In this document: piece after piece, positions 39,300 to 52,200 of the stretch
How positions within the stretch are numbered: position 1 is the first letter of the stretch
Layout of the letters: each line of letters starts with the position of its first letter
DNA from: Balanoglossus misakiensis
Lineage: Eukaryota > Animalia > Hemichordata
Assembly: GCA_040954595.2 (NCBI GenBank)
Contig: CM082578.2
Location: 14,414,304 to 14,478,303 of the forward strand
DNA: 64,000 nucleotides
Direction of reading: 5' to 3'
Notes under the pieces: model-generated
Database searches by the model: none
Seen by the model: the letters and a program-made list of their open reading frames with translations, nothing else
Told to the model about the DNA's origin: nothing
Translations under genes and position numbers: made by a program

Positions 39300-40215
39300 T
39301 GTATACTTTTAACCACTTGTTTATTGAATGATGTAGATGCTATTATCTTAATTTACATCGAGGCAAAGAATACAGTTCCAAGCAAGGAGGTACATGTATA
39401 ATTATGCTACAAACCGGCCTAATTAGCATATTAGCGCCAAACACTGGTGGTGAGTTAAACTATAAACGGCAGCCGACTAAACGAGTTGCTTTTCTCCTCT
39501 ACAACTTTATACTTACTTTATATCAATAAAACTATATGTGTTCCGGGATCTGAGGTTTTAGATGTACCTGATCATCAAGGCCTGTGTCTGCACATTGCAA
39601 TGTTATCTTTCGATTTCAGCCATGAACACTCGAGTGTGACCTTTGATCCCCCAACCTCTAATTATTAACATTGATACACAGAATGTGATTTATTCTACGA
39701 GTGAAATGGGCAACATCTTTGCGACTGATGAATCATAAGTTGGCAAATGTTTCCTCGGTTCAGTCATCTCTCATTTTGCGTGTCTAATCATTGAGCAAAA
39801 TACGTTTGAAATGAGATCGTTGAAATGTACATGTGTGACATGGATAATTTTGAGTAAGCTAGGGGAGCTCAAAAGCCACTCCTCAGCAGGCCCCACACTC
39901 CTGGGCCCAAATATTACTTCCGATTCCTGATCTGAATGTGTATCGGTTCTTCGAAGCCTCTGTGTTTTTACTGTCGGGTCTTCCCACGCATTTCTGACTG
40001 TAAATGTTCTCATGACATATCTCAGACGTGATGATCTGATCCCACTCATGGACAGGGCGGCCGTACCCTAACAAGGAAACGTACATCCTTAGTGACTTGT
40101 TTCGACCACACTCATATTGGGACAGTTCGAGTCGTTGATGAGTAAACCTCTCTATCAGTGAAACCTCAAGTCTGTGTTTCTTCAGCTTCTTCGAGGATCA
40201 TCGATTCGACGAAGG
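39300..40215. promoter_or_regulatory. Candidate shared/bidirectional promoter region of FHIT and the PTP gene
   Basis: Divergent start codons 1.8 kb apart; locally CpG-richer; GGGCGG near 40055. The TSS cannot be determined from sequence alone. Confidence 0.45.
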
Positions 40216-40264
40216 ATGGGATTTAGATTACCAGCGTTACCCCTGTTGTTGATCTTTAGTTTCG
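40216..40264 (+). CDS. Ptp99A: PTP coding exon 1 (signal peptide)
   Basis: ATG at 40216, [17 protein letters not shown]|gtatgt phase-1 donor; joins exon 2 to give ...LIFSFVSAAFS. Confidence 0.8.
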
Positions 40265-43200
40265 GTATGTCTTAGTTTGTCATTTCTATAATTATCAGTA
40301 CAGACGAGCAGGTTTTATTGTTACAATGTACATCTCTCTCACAAACATATGTACAGCCCACACCCTGTAAATAGCGCCGGGTAGGCCACACTGGACTTCG
40401 GTGACACCAGAATACCCATGGGAAGCCCAAAATGCAAATCACATTTTAAAACCTCTTTCGCGAATGATTTATACTGACGCGGCAGTGTCCGTGTTAATGT
40501 ACACATAACTACAGGCCCTGAACCTTCTTGGGTTATACACATGTACTAATCATTTATATCTAGTAATTCATAGAGATGAGTGTGTGACGTGATATTATAC
40601 ACACAATCCGACAAATCAAAATACCTGGTGTGAATGAAGGTGAAAGGTCACGAGGACAGTAAACAGTTACCTGCATTTACCGGGTCACTCAACATTGATT
40701 TACTCTTGTCTGGATCATAAAGTGCTTCCGGGTGGAAACAAAAGAAAGATACTCACGTCTATAAGTAGATTGGACCATAGACAATGGACGTCTATGATGG
40801 GATGCACTATAATACTAATTACTAATGGGTTTTGTAAGAATACATACCTGACAAGGTGCATGACAACAGGGGGGGGGGGGCTGCAGTTTATGTTTGTTGC
40901 AAAATAAATAATGTTTAACCTTTCTGGAGCTCGATGTGAAACAGATTTTCATGCGTGCGTGACCTTTATGTACTGAAGGTGTGCCTTGCCATCAATTATC
41001 AATTGTGAAACTCCTGCATATCAAACTGAAAGGACCTTCTTTCGGCCAAGGTCCATGAAACATTAATAAGTAATGAAGTGCCGTTTATTTCATTATTTAA
41101 ACAATTAATTTTACATCATGGGTAGTGATTGCTACATTGTACATACAGTGTACATGTACACCGGGTCAAGCCATTTCACATTGGGAAATTCTAAGGGGGA
41201 ATAAGATGTGAATGATATATATTTTATTGAAAGAAAGATGACAATGTAATTAGAAAACAAACACATATTGACTGGGCTGGATTTCGTACATTATGTTTCC
41301 TTTCAAAGTATGTTTTTCATGATGAGAAAATACAGGTTTTCTGTAATATTTTGACAAGGAATTATGGTCTATGTGTACACTTACATGTCAGATATTTTGA
41401 CCCTGACCTGATACATAAACTGGCCATCATTGTGGTCAGCTAATGAGGTAATAATCATTTTGGAATGTGACCTCATTAAAGTTAAGCATTCTACATACAA
41501 TCTAATTGTTATCAGCACACGGATGCTGTCCTTGCTGAGCATAATTTGTACTTTTGTACAAATGTACATTTTCTCATTATAGGTCAAATTATGTCCTTGT
41601 ATATTAAACCAGAGTTTTTATATCTCATATTTTGCACATTTTTAAATCAAGCACAGATGCCGGCCCACAAGGTCACACATCAGCTGCTTACAATGAATGT
41701 AGGTCAAATAAGAAAACACATGATTTGTTAGCAAAATATGATTAGGTACATAGGATTGTGTGCTCTTTGTGTTGAACTGTACAATTCAGAGTCCCCTGCG
41801 TTAAACTGAGAATAATTTATTGTTTGGTAGATTTGCTGATTATTTCTAGGAGTTAGTAATGTCAGTATATCCTAATTCCATGGATAAACTGACAATGATG
41901 ATTTGTTTGCGGTCAGCCCTAAGGAGGGAGGGGGGGGGGGGAGCTAACTACATGTACACACAATGCATACATGTTGTGTACATGTAATGTGTTGGATGAG
42001 CATACATTTGTAAACAATTACGATGATTATTTTCACAATTACATGTAGTTGAAGAGGGTTTATAGCCCAACAAGAATACATGTGCTAATGAAATGATGAA
42101 ATGTTAATTGTTTTGTCATTTCCACATGTCTATAAAGTACATGTAGGTTCCATATCACAGTGTCATGTACAAATGTACATGTATGAAGCCATAAGCAATC
42201 AAAATGTTCTGAAAACAGTCAGTCAAAAAACTACGGGCGAAATCAACATTTTTACGAGTTTCTAGGCAGACCTGACCCAACCTTAGACTGAATGGGATGG
42301 GTCGGGGTCTCTCTGTGTGATCCTTTAGTATCTGATTTCCACATTGTGAAGTTTCAAGGTTGTGTGCTTTGCTTTTCATGGTTGTGTAGATACAGTAGTG
42401 CTCATTTGCGCTCATAAACCTTTAAACTGGCAGTTCCAAAACCTAATTGTCAAAGTTTAAAAGCCCAAGTTATTGCAAAATATTTTCACAGCGTAAAGTG
42501 ATATCACAGAAATTACATGATGACATTATGTTTTGTTTGGGCCACTTCCTGTACTGTACTCATCACCATATTGGACATTCTGGGGAATTCCAGCATGGAA
42601 TCTGGAAGAATTCCAGAAATTTTGAAGTGAAATGTTCTCTTGTCAGCAATCGCAATCATGCTGTTTTCAGCACGAGTAGTTGTAACTTGGTCTATGTGTC
42701 TGGAAACCACAAAACATGTCCATTAACAGGTTTTTTGTTAAGAGAGAATATGATCAATTGACAGTTTTGAAACTTGGCCCTGATAGAGAAGCGTAACCTA
42801 TAAGCTACATTCCGTTGGTGTTTGCAGCTGTTGTGTATGAATCTTGTCACTACATGTTCAGCCATCACTGAAGTGCTAGATCCGTCATTTTGATTTCTCT
42901 CTTTGTCAGTGATTCAGAGTTCAGAGTCCAGGGGTTGAGATGAGGTTTGTGTGCATAGTTTACTTTGAAGTACAGATGTATAAATTCAATGGAAACTAAA
43001 ACCAGGGCTAGAACATCTGTGTGCTATGGTTGTTTCAACTCTGGCCATTTGTCCACAGCATGCTGTGTGTACATGGGCGACAAGGTAGTTTATACAACGG
43101 GGTATAAATAGTATGGGTTGTCCATGTAAAGAATTAAAAATATGTGGGAATGTTTTGTTTTTTCTAAAACACAGCAGTTAAACAGTCTGAAAATAGTCAA

Positions 43201-46200
43201 GTCCCAAGATACAAATGTAGAATGCACAATAAACAAGGATGAACATAGCTGAATTTGAATACATGTAGGTCATAGAGGTTTGATCTTAAAATTAAATAAA
43301 AGCTAGGCTGCTGCGATGGGAGAAATACAAAAAAACACTTTATAAATTATGGGATGGTTAAACCTGCTGTTCAGGGAATATCTATTATAAAAAGTTCACC
43401 AAAGGTCTTTTAAAAAAACAAACTTTGATTTATTCTGTGACAAGGGTCCTGTTTGTATGTGTCTTTATGTTTGTGTGTTCATGTCATCATGTTGACATTA
43501 ATGTAGTTTGTCAATATTTCAACTGTCATAAATACATGTACATGTATTAAGAAAAAACACAGCATGATATTAACAGATGATTTTGGTAGATCAATGGCTG
43601 TTTTCAAAACAGCTAGTTTGTGAAGATCATACATTGAGGCTCTACATGTACATATCAAGAGTAACCTTGATGCAACAGTGTACAGTTGTACATGTATGTA
43701 TCCGATAGAACCTTGACATGGCACAGTGTGACCCATCCATTCTCTTCAGAATGAGTCATTGTCTGGAGAATCATGGTGATACATCATGTATTCTACATGT
43801 ATGGTTTGATCTGCACAAGATGTGGAACATTACTCTAATTATGTCATTGTCTATGATTCATTTGATTTGGAGTAAAATAGATAGATAGTACATTTAAGTT
43901 TTTAATGAACGATTGATTGCATCCAGTGGTACGATCTTGTGGTGAAGGACTACCCTGCAAAGTGAACTTTGGAATTGCTGAATTTGTCATCTCTCATTTT
44001 AATTTAATTAAGCTTGGATAGTCAGAAATGCCCTTTTTGTAGAGAGGGAAACTCAACCCCTTCTCTGAAATTTAAACTGTATGAAAAAGTGTGTTCTTAA
44101 AAGGACTTTGTCAAAATTGTGTAATTTGAATCTTGACCCTGTGACTTTGGGTTAAAAACAAACACGAATCTAGTCTGTTTCTCTAAAATGTCAGAGGTCA
44201 AGAAAACTTGTTACTCCTGATTCTTTTTGTGAAGCCCATTGTGAAGTCTAGTGTCTAGTGTTTTTTAGACTGATGTGAAGTCAGAAATACATGAACTACA
44301 TGTATGGTTGCTAAATAATTTCTTTTTTGTACCAACTGAACCAGTAGAGCGTAGAAGACACCATGAAATGACACTGAAGACTGATTTTGGTAAAAACGAC
44401 CTTGATGCTGGTTTTAGGTTGAATTACAAACAGCATAAAGAATCCCTCCTGGAGGAATGAAATAGCAAACACACAGTCCAATGAAAGGATGATTCAGTGT
44501 ACAATGTACATTTTTCAATTAAGGAACAAATTTAATATCTCAAAGATATCGGTGCAATCATACATGTGCAATAGATATTTTTTTTTTGGGGGGGGGGGGA
44601 ACAATTAGACTGTTTTAAGTAAACAGCAGACACAAAAAGAAACAACTTTATACTTCCAAATGATTAATATCCAAATTAGTTTTTATATCACTTAACATGT
44701 AACACCAGTCAGTCGATCAAACCGTACATTTCAGATCAGTTGAAAAGTCTGTGGTTTATATAAGTACATGCATAAACTTGACAACCACACTGCTGATATC
44801 CAGTTTCAGTGTGAGATACTCATCGTACAGTGTATGTTTCAGTAAAAACACCAGAGAAGCATAATGACAACCACTGGGTTGATTTGGCTGTGGTTTTGCT
44901 CAGCATCTGCGCATGTAATACAACCATAACATGCAGAGCTGATATAATGGATGTAATATCCATACATACAAATGTATACCACTGGGAATTTTAATCTTTA
45001 TCATCGGTTCAAGCAAAATTAGGTCATGTGCTTATACATACATGTGACTGCAGTGAATACAAAGTATAAAACAATGGATGAATATTACAGTGATTTCCAG
45101 GTCACTATGAGCGCTGGAATTGATGTCAATGTTATCATGCTACTAAATTCGGTTTGGGAAATGGTGGCAAAATTTAGTATAGTTGCAGTACATGTGGATG
45201 TCTGTCAGATCCACCACATCAAGCAAACACCTCAAGCTACTCGTGCTGTGCAGCTAGTGTCTACATGTAGGTTGAATTTGATCTGGGAAGAGCTCTGCGC
45301 CACTCCTGAGTAGGATTTCTCTCTGTAATGTGATACGAGATAAACATGATTTATTTTTATGGTACAAGTGTGGCCTATTTCTCAGATCAGATTCAATATA
45401 CATGTACATGTTGTAGTCCTAGCAGAATCTCAATAATTTCCATGAATCCTAGCAGAATCCTAATAAAATGTTAATAATGTAACATGCAGTTTTGACCCAA
45501 TATCTTGAAAATATCAGTGTTAGTTGTTCAACAGATACATATACATGTACATGTATGTATAAATTATTAAATCTTGAGAAATTAGTCCAGGAATACTGGC
45601 ATTATATTGCCAGTACAAATGAAATTACTGGTTTTGGAAATAATTGTGCGGGAGATTTAGAGGAACACGTGTAATACGAAATGTTCAGTGAATTGTCCCT
45701 TCATTTCTGAGGATGAGGGAATTCCGGTGTATGTAAATAAAGTCTTTTTGGCTGGATGAATTCCTGTGTTGGAATTTCTTGGAACAAACTCAACAAAGGT
45801 CACAGTGTTTGTAGAAATTTGACTGAGGGAATACACTAATCAGATTTTTGAGATTGGAATGGAATGTTCCATCAGCCACAGAATGTACTGACTGCTTAGT
45901 AAACACTGTGACCTCAAATCAGGTCAGGAGGATTACTGAGAATAAATCCAAGAAAATAATGTGATCCTATATAGGAGGGAGAGTGGAAATGGAACACAGT
46001 GATTTTTTTTTTAAATCTAAAAAAATCCTGAAAAAGAAATAAATTTGTGTGGTTTTAAGAAAAAGAAACATGTGCATGTATTATACATGTATCATCGAAG
46101 TATACAGTGCAGCTTAGGAATAGCTTTCCAATTTGCTAACAACTTGCTGACACGGTGTTTATAATGAGCCAACACAGTGTTAGCCTGTGTGTTCCAAGTG

Positions 46201-49200
46201 TTACAAAGGTGTGAATCTGTTGGCCCTGGCACTTGGCATTGTTCAGTGTTAGCATGTGCTACAAAGGTGTTAAACCTTGGCACACCCTATTGTTTTGGCA
46301 CACAGTGTTAGCCTGTGTGTTCCAAGTGTTACAAAGGTGTGAATCTGTTGGCCCTGGCACTTGGCATTGTTCAGTGTTAGCACCTTGGCGCACCCTATTG
46401 TTTTGGAACACCCCAGTTAAACACAAGCCCAATAGGTGCTAATTAGAGCGCCAATAGGGTGCCAACCCAGAGTTGACCCAGTGTTTAAACAGAGCTGACC
46501 CAGTGTTGGTGCAGTTGGAAAGCTATTCCTAAGCTGCACTGTATATCTGTGGTACATGTTATGTATGGCCACAGACTGGCCATTCATGAACAGCATAGGT
46601 AGGAGTGATAAATACTCAAATTGGTAAATACATGTAGTTGACCAGCTGGGTATATATTTACATTGTATGTATGTATGTAGAAACCATGATATGTGACCAT
46701 CATGTGGGACACAGGTAAAGTGGTTATGAATGTGAAACTCAAACACCCAGAGCACTTCCTTGTTACGATGGAGTTAGACTGAATGATGAGGTCATACATT
46801 ATATACATGTACAGTTGTAGGCACCTTTTGCCATCACTCCCACGCTTCAAACTGGCAGAGTTTTGTTCTGTTCTGTATCATCCGTATCACCTGACCATTT
46901 TGTGTATTTAACAAACTATGTACGTGCTCTGCGGCTTTTACACCTACACAGTGTAAAAACCCACATCAAAGGAAACTACAATGTACAGATACAGTTTGGA
47001 AACAAACCAAAACTCCCAACACTATTATGTATGTAGCAAATGGAGCCCCCTCAAACAACTGTGCATGTATGATCATGAACTTGCAGTGTTTTCTTTGCTG
47101 GTTCCTTCAGCATACATTTGAAAGTTTCTCTCTCTTCTTTGTCTTTCAGTATCGGCAGCTTTCAGCTCTTCAAATCTCACAGAACTACATGAAGTGGGCT
47201 CTCAAGTTGTTCTCTCCTGTGCTATTGCTGATGCAAATGAGACTGACGTTGAATGGATGAAAGATGGTCAAATGCTAGAGTCACCCAATGTCATAGATGG
47301 CAGTCTGGTCTTTGACTCTGTTCAGAAAAGCGACTCGGGAACCTATCAGTGTTCTCTCAAGGAAACCAATGTCACTGACCAAACGACAACAATAAAGCTG
47401 GTTGTTATAGGTAAGTCTTGCATGAATGTGATGTACATGTACCTATATTTGTCGATTATTCTTTAACACTATTTTGGCTGTTTTTACTTGACATGGTTGA
47501 GAGCCCAGAACATGAGAATGGCTGTATATGTATGATGTGATCTCTCATCTAACTGACCTTCCCCGATTAAGTACCCAATTCTGCAGACAAAACTGTTCAG
47601 ACATCTGAGTATAAAAGTCCCACTTGGCTATCTCACACCGACATGTACAGATAATGATATCTGTTTCCTGTTCAGATTATTTCAACTACAGCCATTCTCG
47701 TGTTCTGGGCTCTCAACCATGTCTTTCATACATGTTCAGTAAAACTGTCTTTGCCTAGTCATTTCTTGCTGGAGTAACTCAATATACATGATAGTATATG
47801 ACTTGCACTGTCTAATAAACTATGATATAATGTGGAGGGATTTCAACAAAAGAGATGATACCAGTAAGTGGATGGAAATCAATCTCTCAGCAAACAGAGA
47901 AATTTGGAAATGTCACAGCTGAGTTGAATCGAATCCCTGCCAGGAGGTTCAAGATACATGTAATAACGCCTGCACACACACATAAAATTTAATACATGTT
48001 TTTTTCCCCCGTAGATTGTAACATGTTACATTTTTTAAGACTGTGTTTGGAAGTTGTATTGATCTGAACAGATACACGCCAACCAGTCAATCTGTGTGTT
48101 CCATTAGTAATAATTGAACTGTGGTACTCAGCCAGCATGGAAGCTATATGTATACAGCACACATGTCATAAACAAGATTGATTTCTCAAGACTCTCTTTT
48201 CCCTTTCCTTGTTTTTCAGACAAACCTGGCCCTCCCGGCCAGCCATCTGTTAGTAACATTAAGTGGGATGAGGTCACAATCTCCTGGTTGCCTAGCGACA
48301 GTGGAGACAAGGTGAACAAGTACAATATACAGCAGAAGAGGTGAGGCCAAGGTTTCTGTATTGGGCTATAAAATGAAGATGATATTGTAGAATTTTGACC
48401 TTCTTGAAATTTTGAGGACCTTTGTGTTTCTCTTTCTGGAAATAAGAGTTCTCAAAACCACTTGATGTCAGTATTTTTCTTGTATTTGATGACGTCTGCC
48501 TGAAGAATTCCTTGAGGACCTATCATGGTCTCAATGTCATGTAGCATTTTGCTTTCATCAGACACGACACACACAGGAAATGCTAAATTAAAACAGACAG
48601 GATGAACCTCTATCTGCTAAATATGGCTGTTCTAGTTAGACGTTGAAAAAAGTATGATTCCTGTCACTACTTGAGGTGTTTCATTTTCTTCCTGCTTCAA
48701 ATGTAATTCTCAGATTGTATGACCTTCTCAGCCTGAATAATCCTTTTAATGAATGACTAAACATTGGCACTTTTGATTTATGAATAATTTATCGCAAGTG
48801 ATAATATCTTGAGAGAAGAGAGGTTGTGGTCTGTGTCATTAATGTGTTGTGCAGCAAAAAAAAATAATGATTTTACTGATATGAGACTCATGACACAACA
48901 GTCTGTTTTTGGTATATTGACATGTCTCCCAGTAATGAACGGAAACAGCGAATTAAACGTTTAAATCCGATGTGCGCTCAGGGCAATCCGCTGACCTGGC
49001 TGCTAGCACAGAGTACTCAGTTGGCATGTGTTCTTGAATCAAATGGCATTTTGGGGTCAATGGACTCAACTTAATAGCGAATGTGTGTTGTCATTTTCTG
49101 GGGCATGAAAGCAATTGCCAAAACTCTTAAATCAAGGCAGCGTGGAGACTTTCCTTGTATTGTACGGTGAATTTGTAAAGATCAATAATACTATTGGTCA

Positions 49201-52200
49201 ATTTGGTGACATACATGTAGTTTTTGATACAAGTAAAGCATATGTTTCACAACAACTTTTCTGTTGCAGAGATGACAATGCAACAGAATGGATGTCTTCA
49301 GATCCTCCATGCGTAACAAGCAACAACAACCCAAGTTCATGTCAGCCCTGTCCTGACACTAATTGCACCAGTGTGACAGTCATGTCACTCCAACCAAATA
49401 CAACATACATATTTCGAATACAGGCTGAGATCGGCGGTTTGGTCAGTGAGTTCAGCCAACCGTCAGAGCCAGCTACAACAGAAAGCAGAGGTAAGTATGC
49501 AGCGAATTGAGGGGTAGTTAGGACAGCACACTGCCTTTAATAAGACATTGACTGTGCACAATTATTGGGGGAACCAGAGTCTCTGGTTTGACACATGCGC
49601 ATAAGACGATTATCACCCTTTAAAGTCTTCACTGACATTTTATTCGGGGTAATCACTGGCATTAATCATTCTTTCATAATTATGTAAATCTTGCACATAT
49701 TCTGTCATCCAATGACATCACATAAGCCTTTCTTCCCTTGTGAACACCTGTTCTAGGTAATGAAACCACACCTGCTTTCACTACTGTCTTCCAAACAACC
49801 AACAACTTATCAACAACACCAAGTCCAACTACTCCCAATTGTAAGTTTACATGTACATATCTTTCAATGATAAATACCTATCATACACTCTTACAGGATT
49901 CATACCATCTCTAAGAGGGCAAGAAATTCTCACCCTCACTGGGATTAGGAAGTTGATATGAAATGCACTCCTATACAATTCAGCATAGAAACTTTAAAAA
50001 AAAACTAACTGCAGATTGATAACAGGCACTACGTAAGATAAGAATACAGAAGTTATTTCTCAATTCGGATGCTTCCTGCTTTGGTCAAAAATATCCATAG
50101 CTCTTCTGTACAGTTTGACAATCATTCTTTGTTGTTGGATTTTATCTGAAATGAATGAGAGTTTTGAAACAAGTTTCATTTCACCTTTGACAGTTCTCCC
50201 AGGACCTCCGCAGGACTTGAGGGCAAGGGACATTACTGCCAGTCGTATGACGTTGAGATGGAAACCTCCAAACATGACCGGCACAGATCTATATCCCGTG
50301 AAACATTACAAACTCTATGTACTGCCATACACCGCCCTGAACACACAGCTTCCGGCTGCTCCGACAAAATATAACTTGACCGGATTAGGTAAGAACAGTT
50401 TCACACACAATGAGAAATTCAGTTTTTTTCAGGTATAACTTGTAAGAGTGTTGGTATATAGAATACAGTGAAGCTCTCCTTTTTGATCAGAGCTCTTTTT
50501 AAAGCTGAGTGTTGGAAGTTGATTAGAAAATGTGCCTGTCTGACTGATTCCCAACTCGAAAGCATACACCGCCATCTTCCTTATCAGGACAAATGTACTT
50601 CTCTACTTCTGCCCTTCTTTAGAGCCGTCCACTGTGTATAATCTGAAGTTGACAGCTGTGAATGATTTCGGAGAAGGACCAGCGGCCTCTTTGGATCAGA
50701 TAACAGATTCTAAAGGTACAATTTTAGCGTAGTGTGAGCTCTCCAAGTGGTACATGTATGCTGACAGCATAAATTGATTATACTTGTAATAGAATCGTAT
50801 GACGTTTTTCCGAAACTTAAAGGCCATGTTTCTTGATGTGGGCATTTCTACTGTATAGAAAGAAACAAAAGAACTGTGCATGGTTCTGTTTATTGGGTGT
50901 ACATAATTTGATTATGTGTTAATAACTGCACAGATAATCACGTCATTTTTTGCACCCATTTCTGTTCACCCAGTGGGATGTTGTATGTCATTGTTCGATT
51001 TTTCTCGAGTGTACATGTCATGTGAATGATTCATTCTGTGTGCTTGTGATTGTGTCATCTTGCATTGTGTCTTCAGAAAACTATGTAAAGAAACAATCAT
51101 TTCTTTCAGTGTTACTAACCTCTGTGCGCAAACATCACTACCAGCTTCACCATCATTTTGTCTCTCTCTCTCTCTCTCTCTCACTCTCACTCACTCTCAC
51201 TCTCTTTCCTTTGCTCTTTACAAAGCACCTGGCGTACCAAGAAGCGTGAAGGTGGTGTACATGACACAACGACGAGCTTTAGTCATGTGGGCGGAGCCTA
51301 CCCGCGCGTACAACAAAGTAGACGCCTACACTGTGTCGCTTCGAAAATACGGCGAGACAGATTACTCGTGGAAATCGTCGGTGATGGCACCAGCCAGTTA
51401 TTATCAGCTGACAGACTTAGAGTATGGCGCCACATATCTGATCACGGTCTCAGCTATGACATTCAGTACAATCGTTAAAACCGTGCCCTACGTTGGCCCA
51501 GAAACTCCACCACTGACATATGCTCATGGTAATAATACAGTCATGCATTTATTTTATTCCCTTATTGTTTCGCATCAGAAAAAAATGAGAAACGCTGAAT
51601 TAGAATGCATTACTTGTAGCCAATACATCCACAACTGCTCTTGAGATGTAAAGCATCACTGCGTTGATTCTTCAAAACCTGCTTGAAGCTGGAATTTACA
51701 CGAGTATCAAACCACATGTTCACATATTTCTATTTGGGGTATGTTTTTTTTCGGGTTCATGTACATGTATGGTATGAGGGCCATTTTGTGTAAATCACTT
51801 TGTCTAATCAACATGGGTCCATCAACTGGTCAAATCATCTGGGAAAGCTATATTTGTACCATATTTCACACACTTTATCATTGAAGTCAGGCGTGAAAGC
51901 AATGTTGCATTTTAAGCTGCTTGTATAGGCAAATATGTGTAACATTTCCTGATATCATTATTGTTGATATCACTGATTAATCATGTCTTGTTATTGTGAT
52001 TTCCTGGATTTTTTCCACTGTTATTTACATTGAATCCTTTTCTCGATTTAGTTCCCCCGGATCTTCCACAAAAGACTTCACCACGTTCCACAACTCCGCT
52101 GTCTCTGACCGTGACACGCTCGGCACCGTCAAGTACACAAGCTGGAGTCATTCCTGTGAGTGATGACAGCACCTTGGTGAAGATTGCTGCAGTGATTGGA

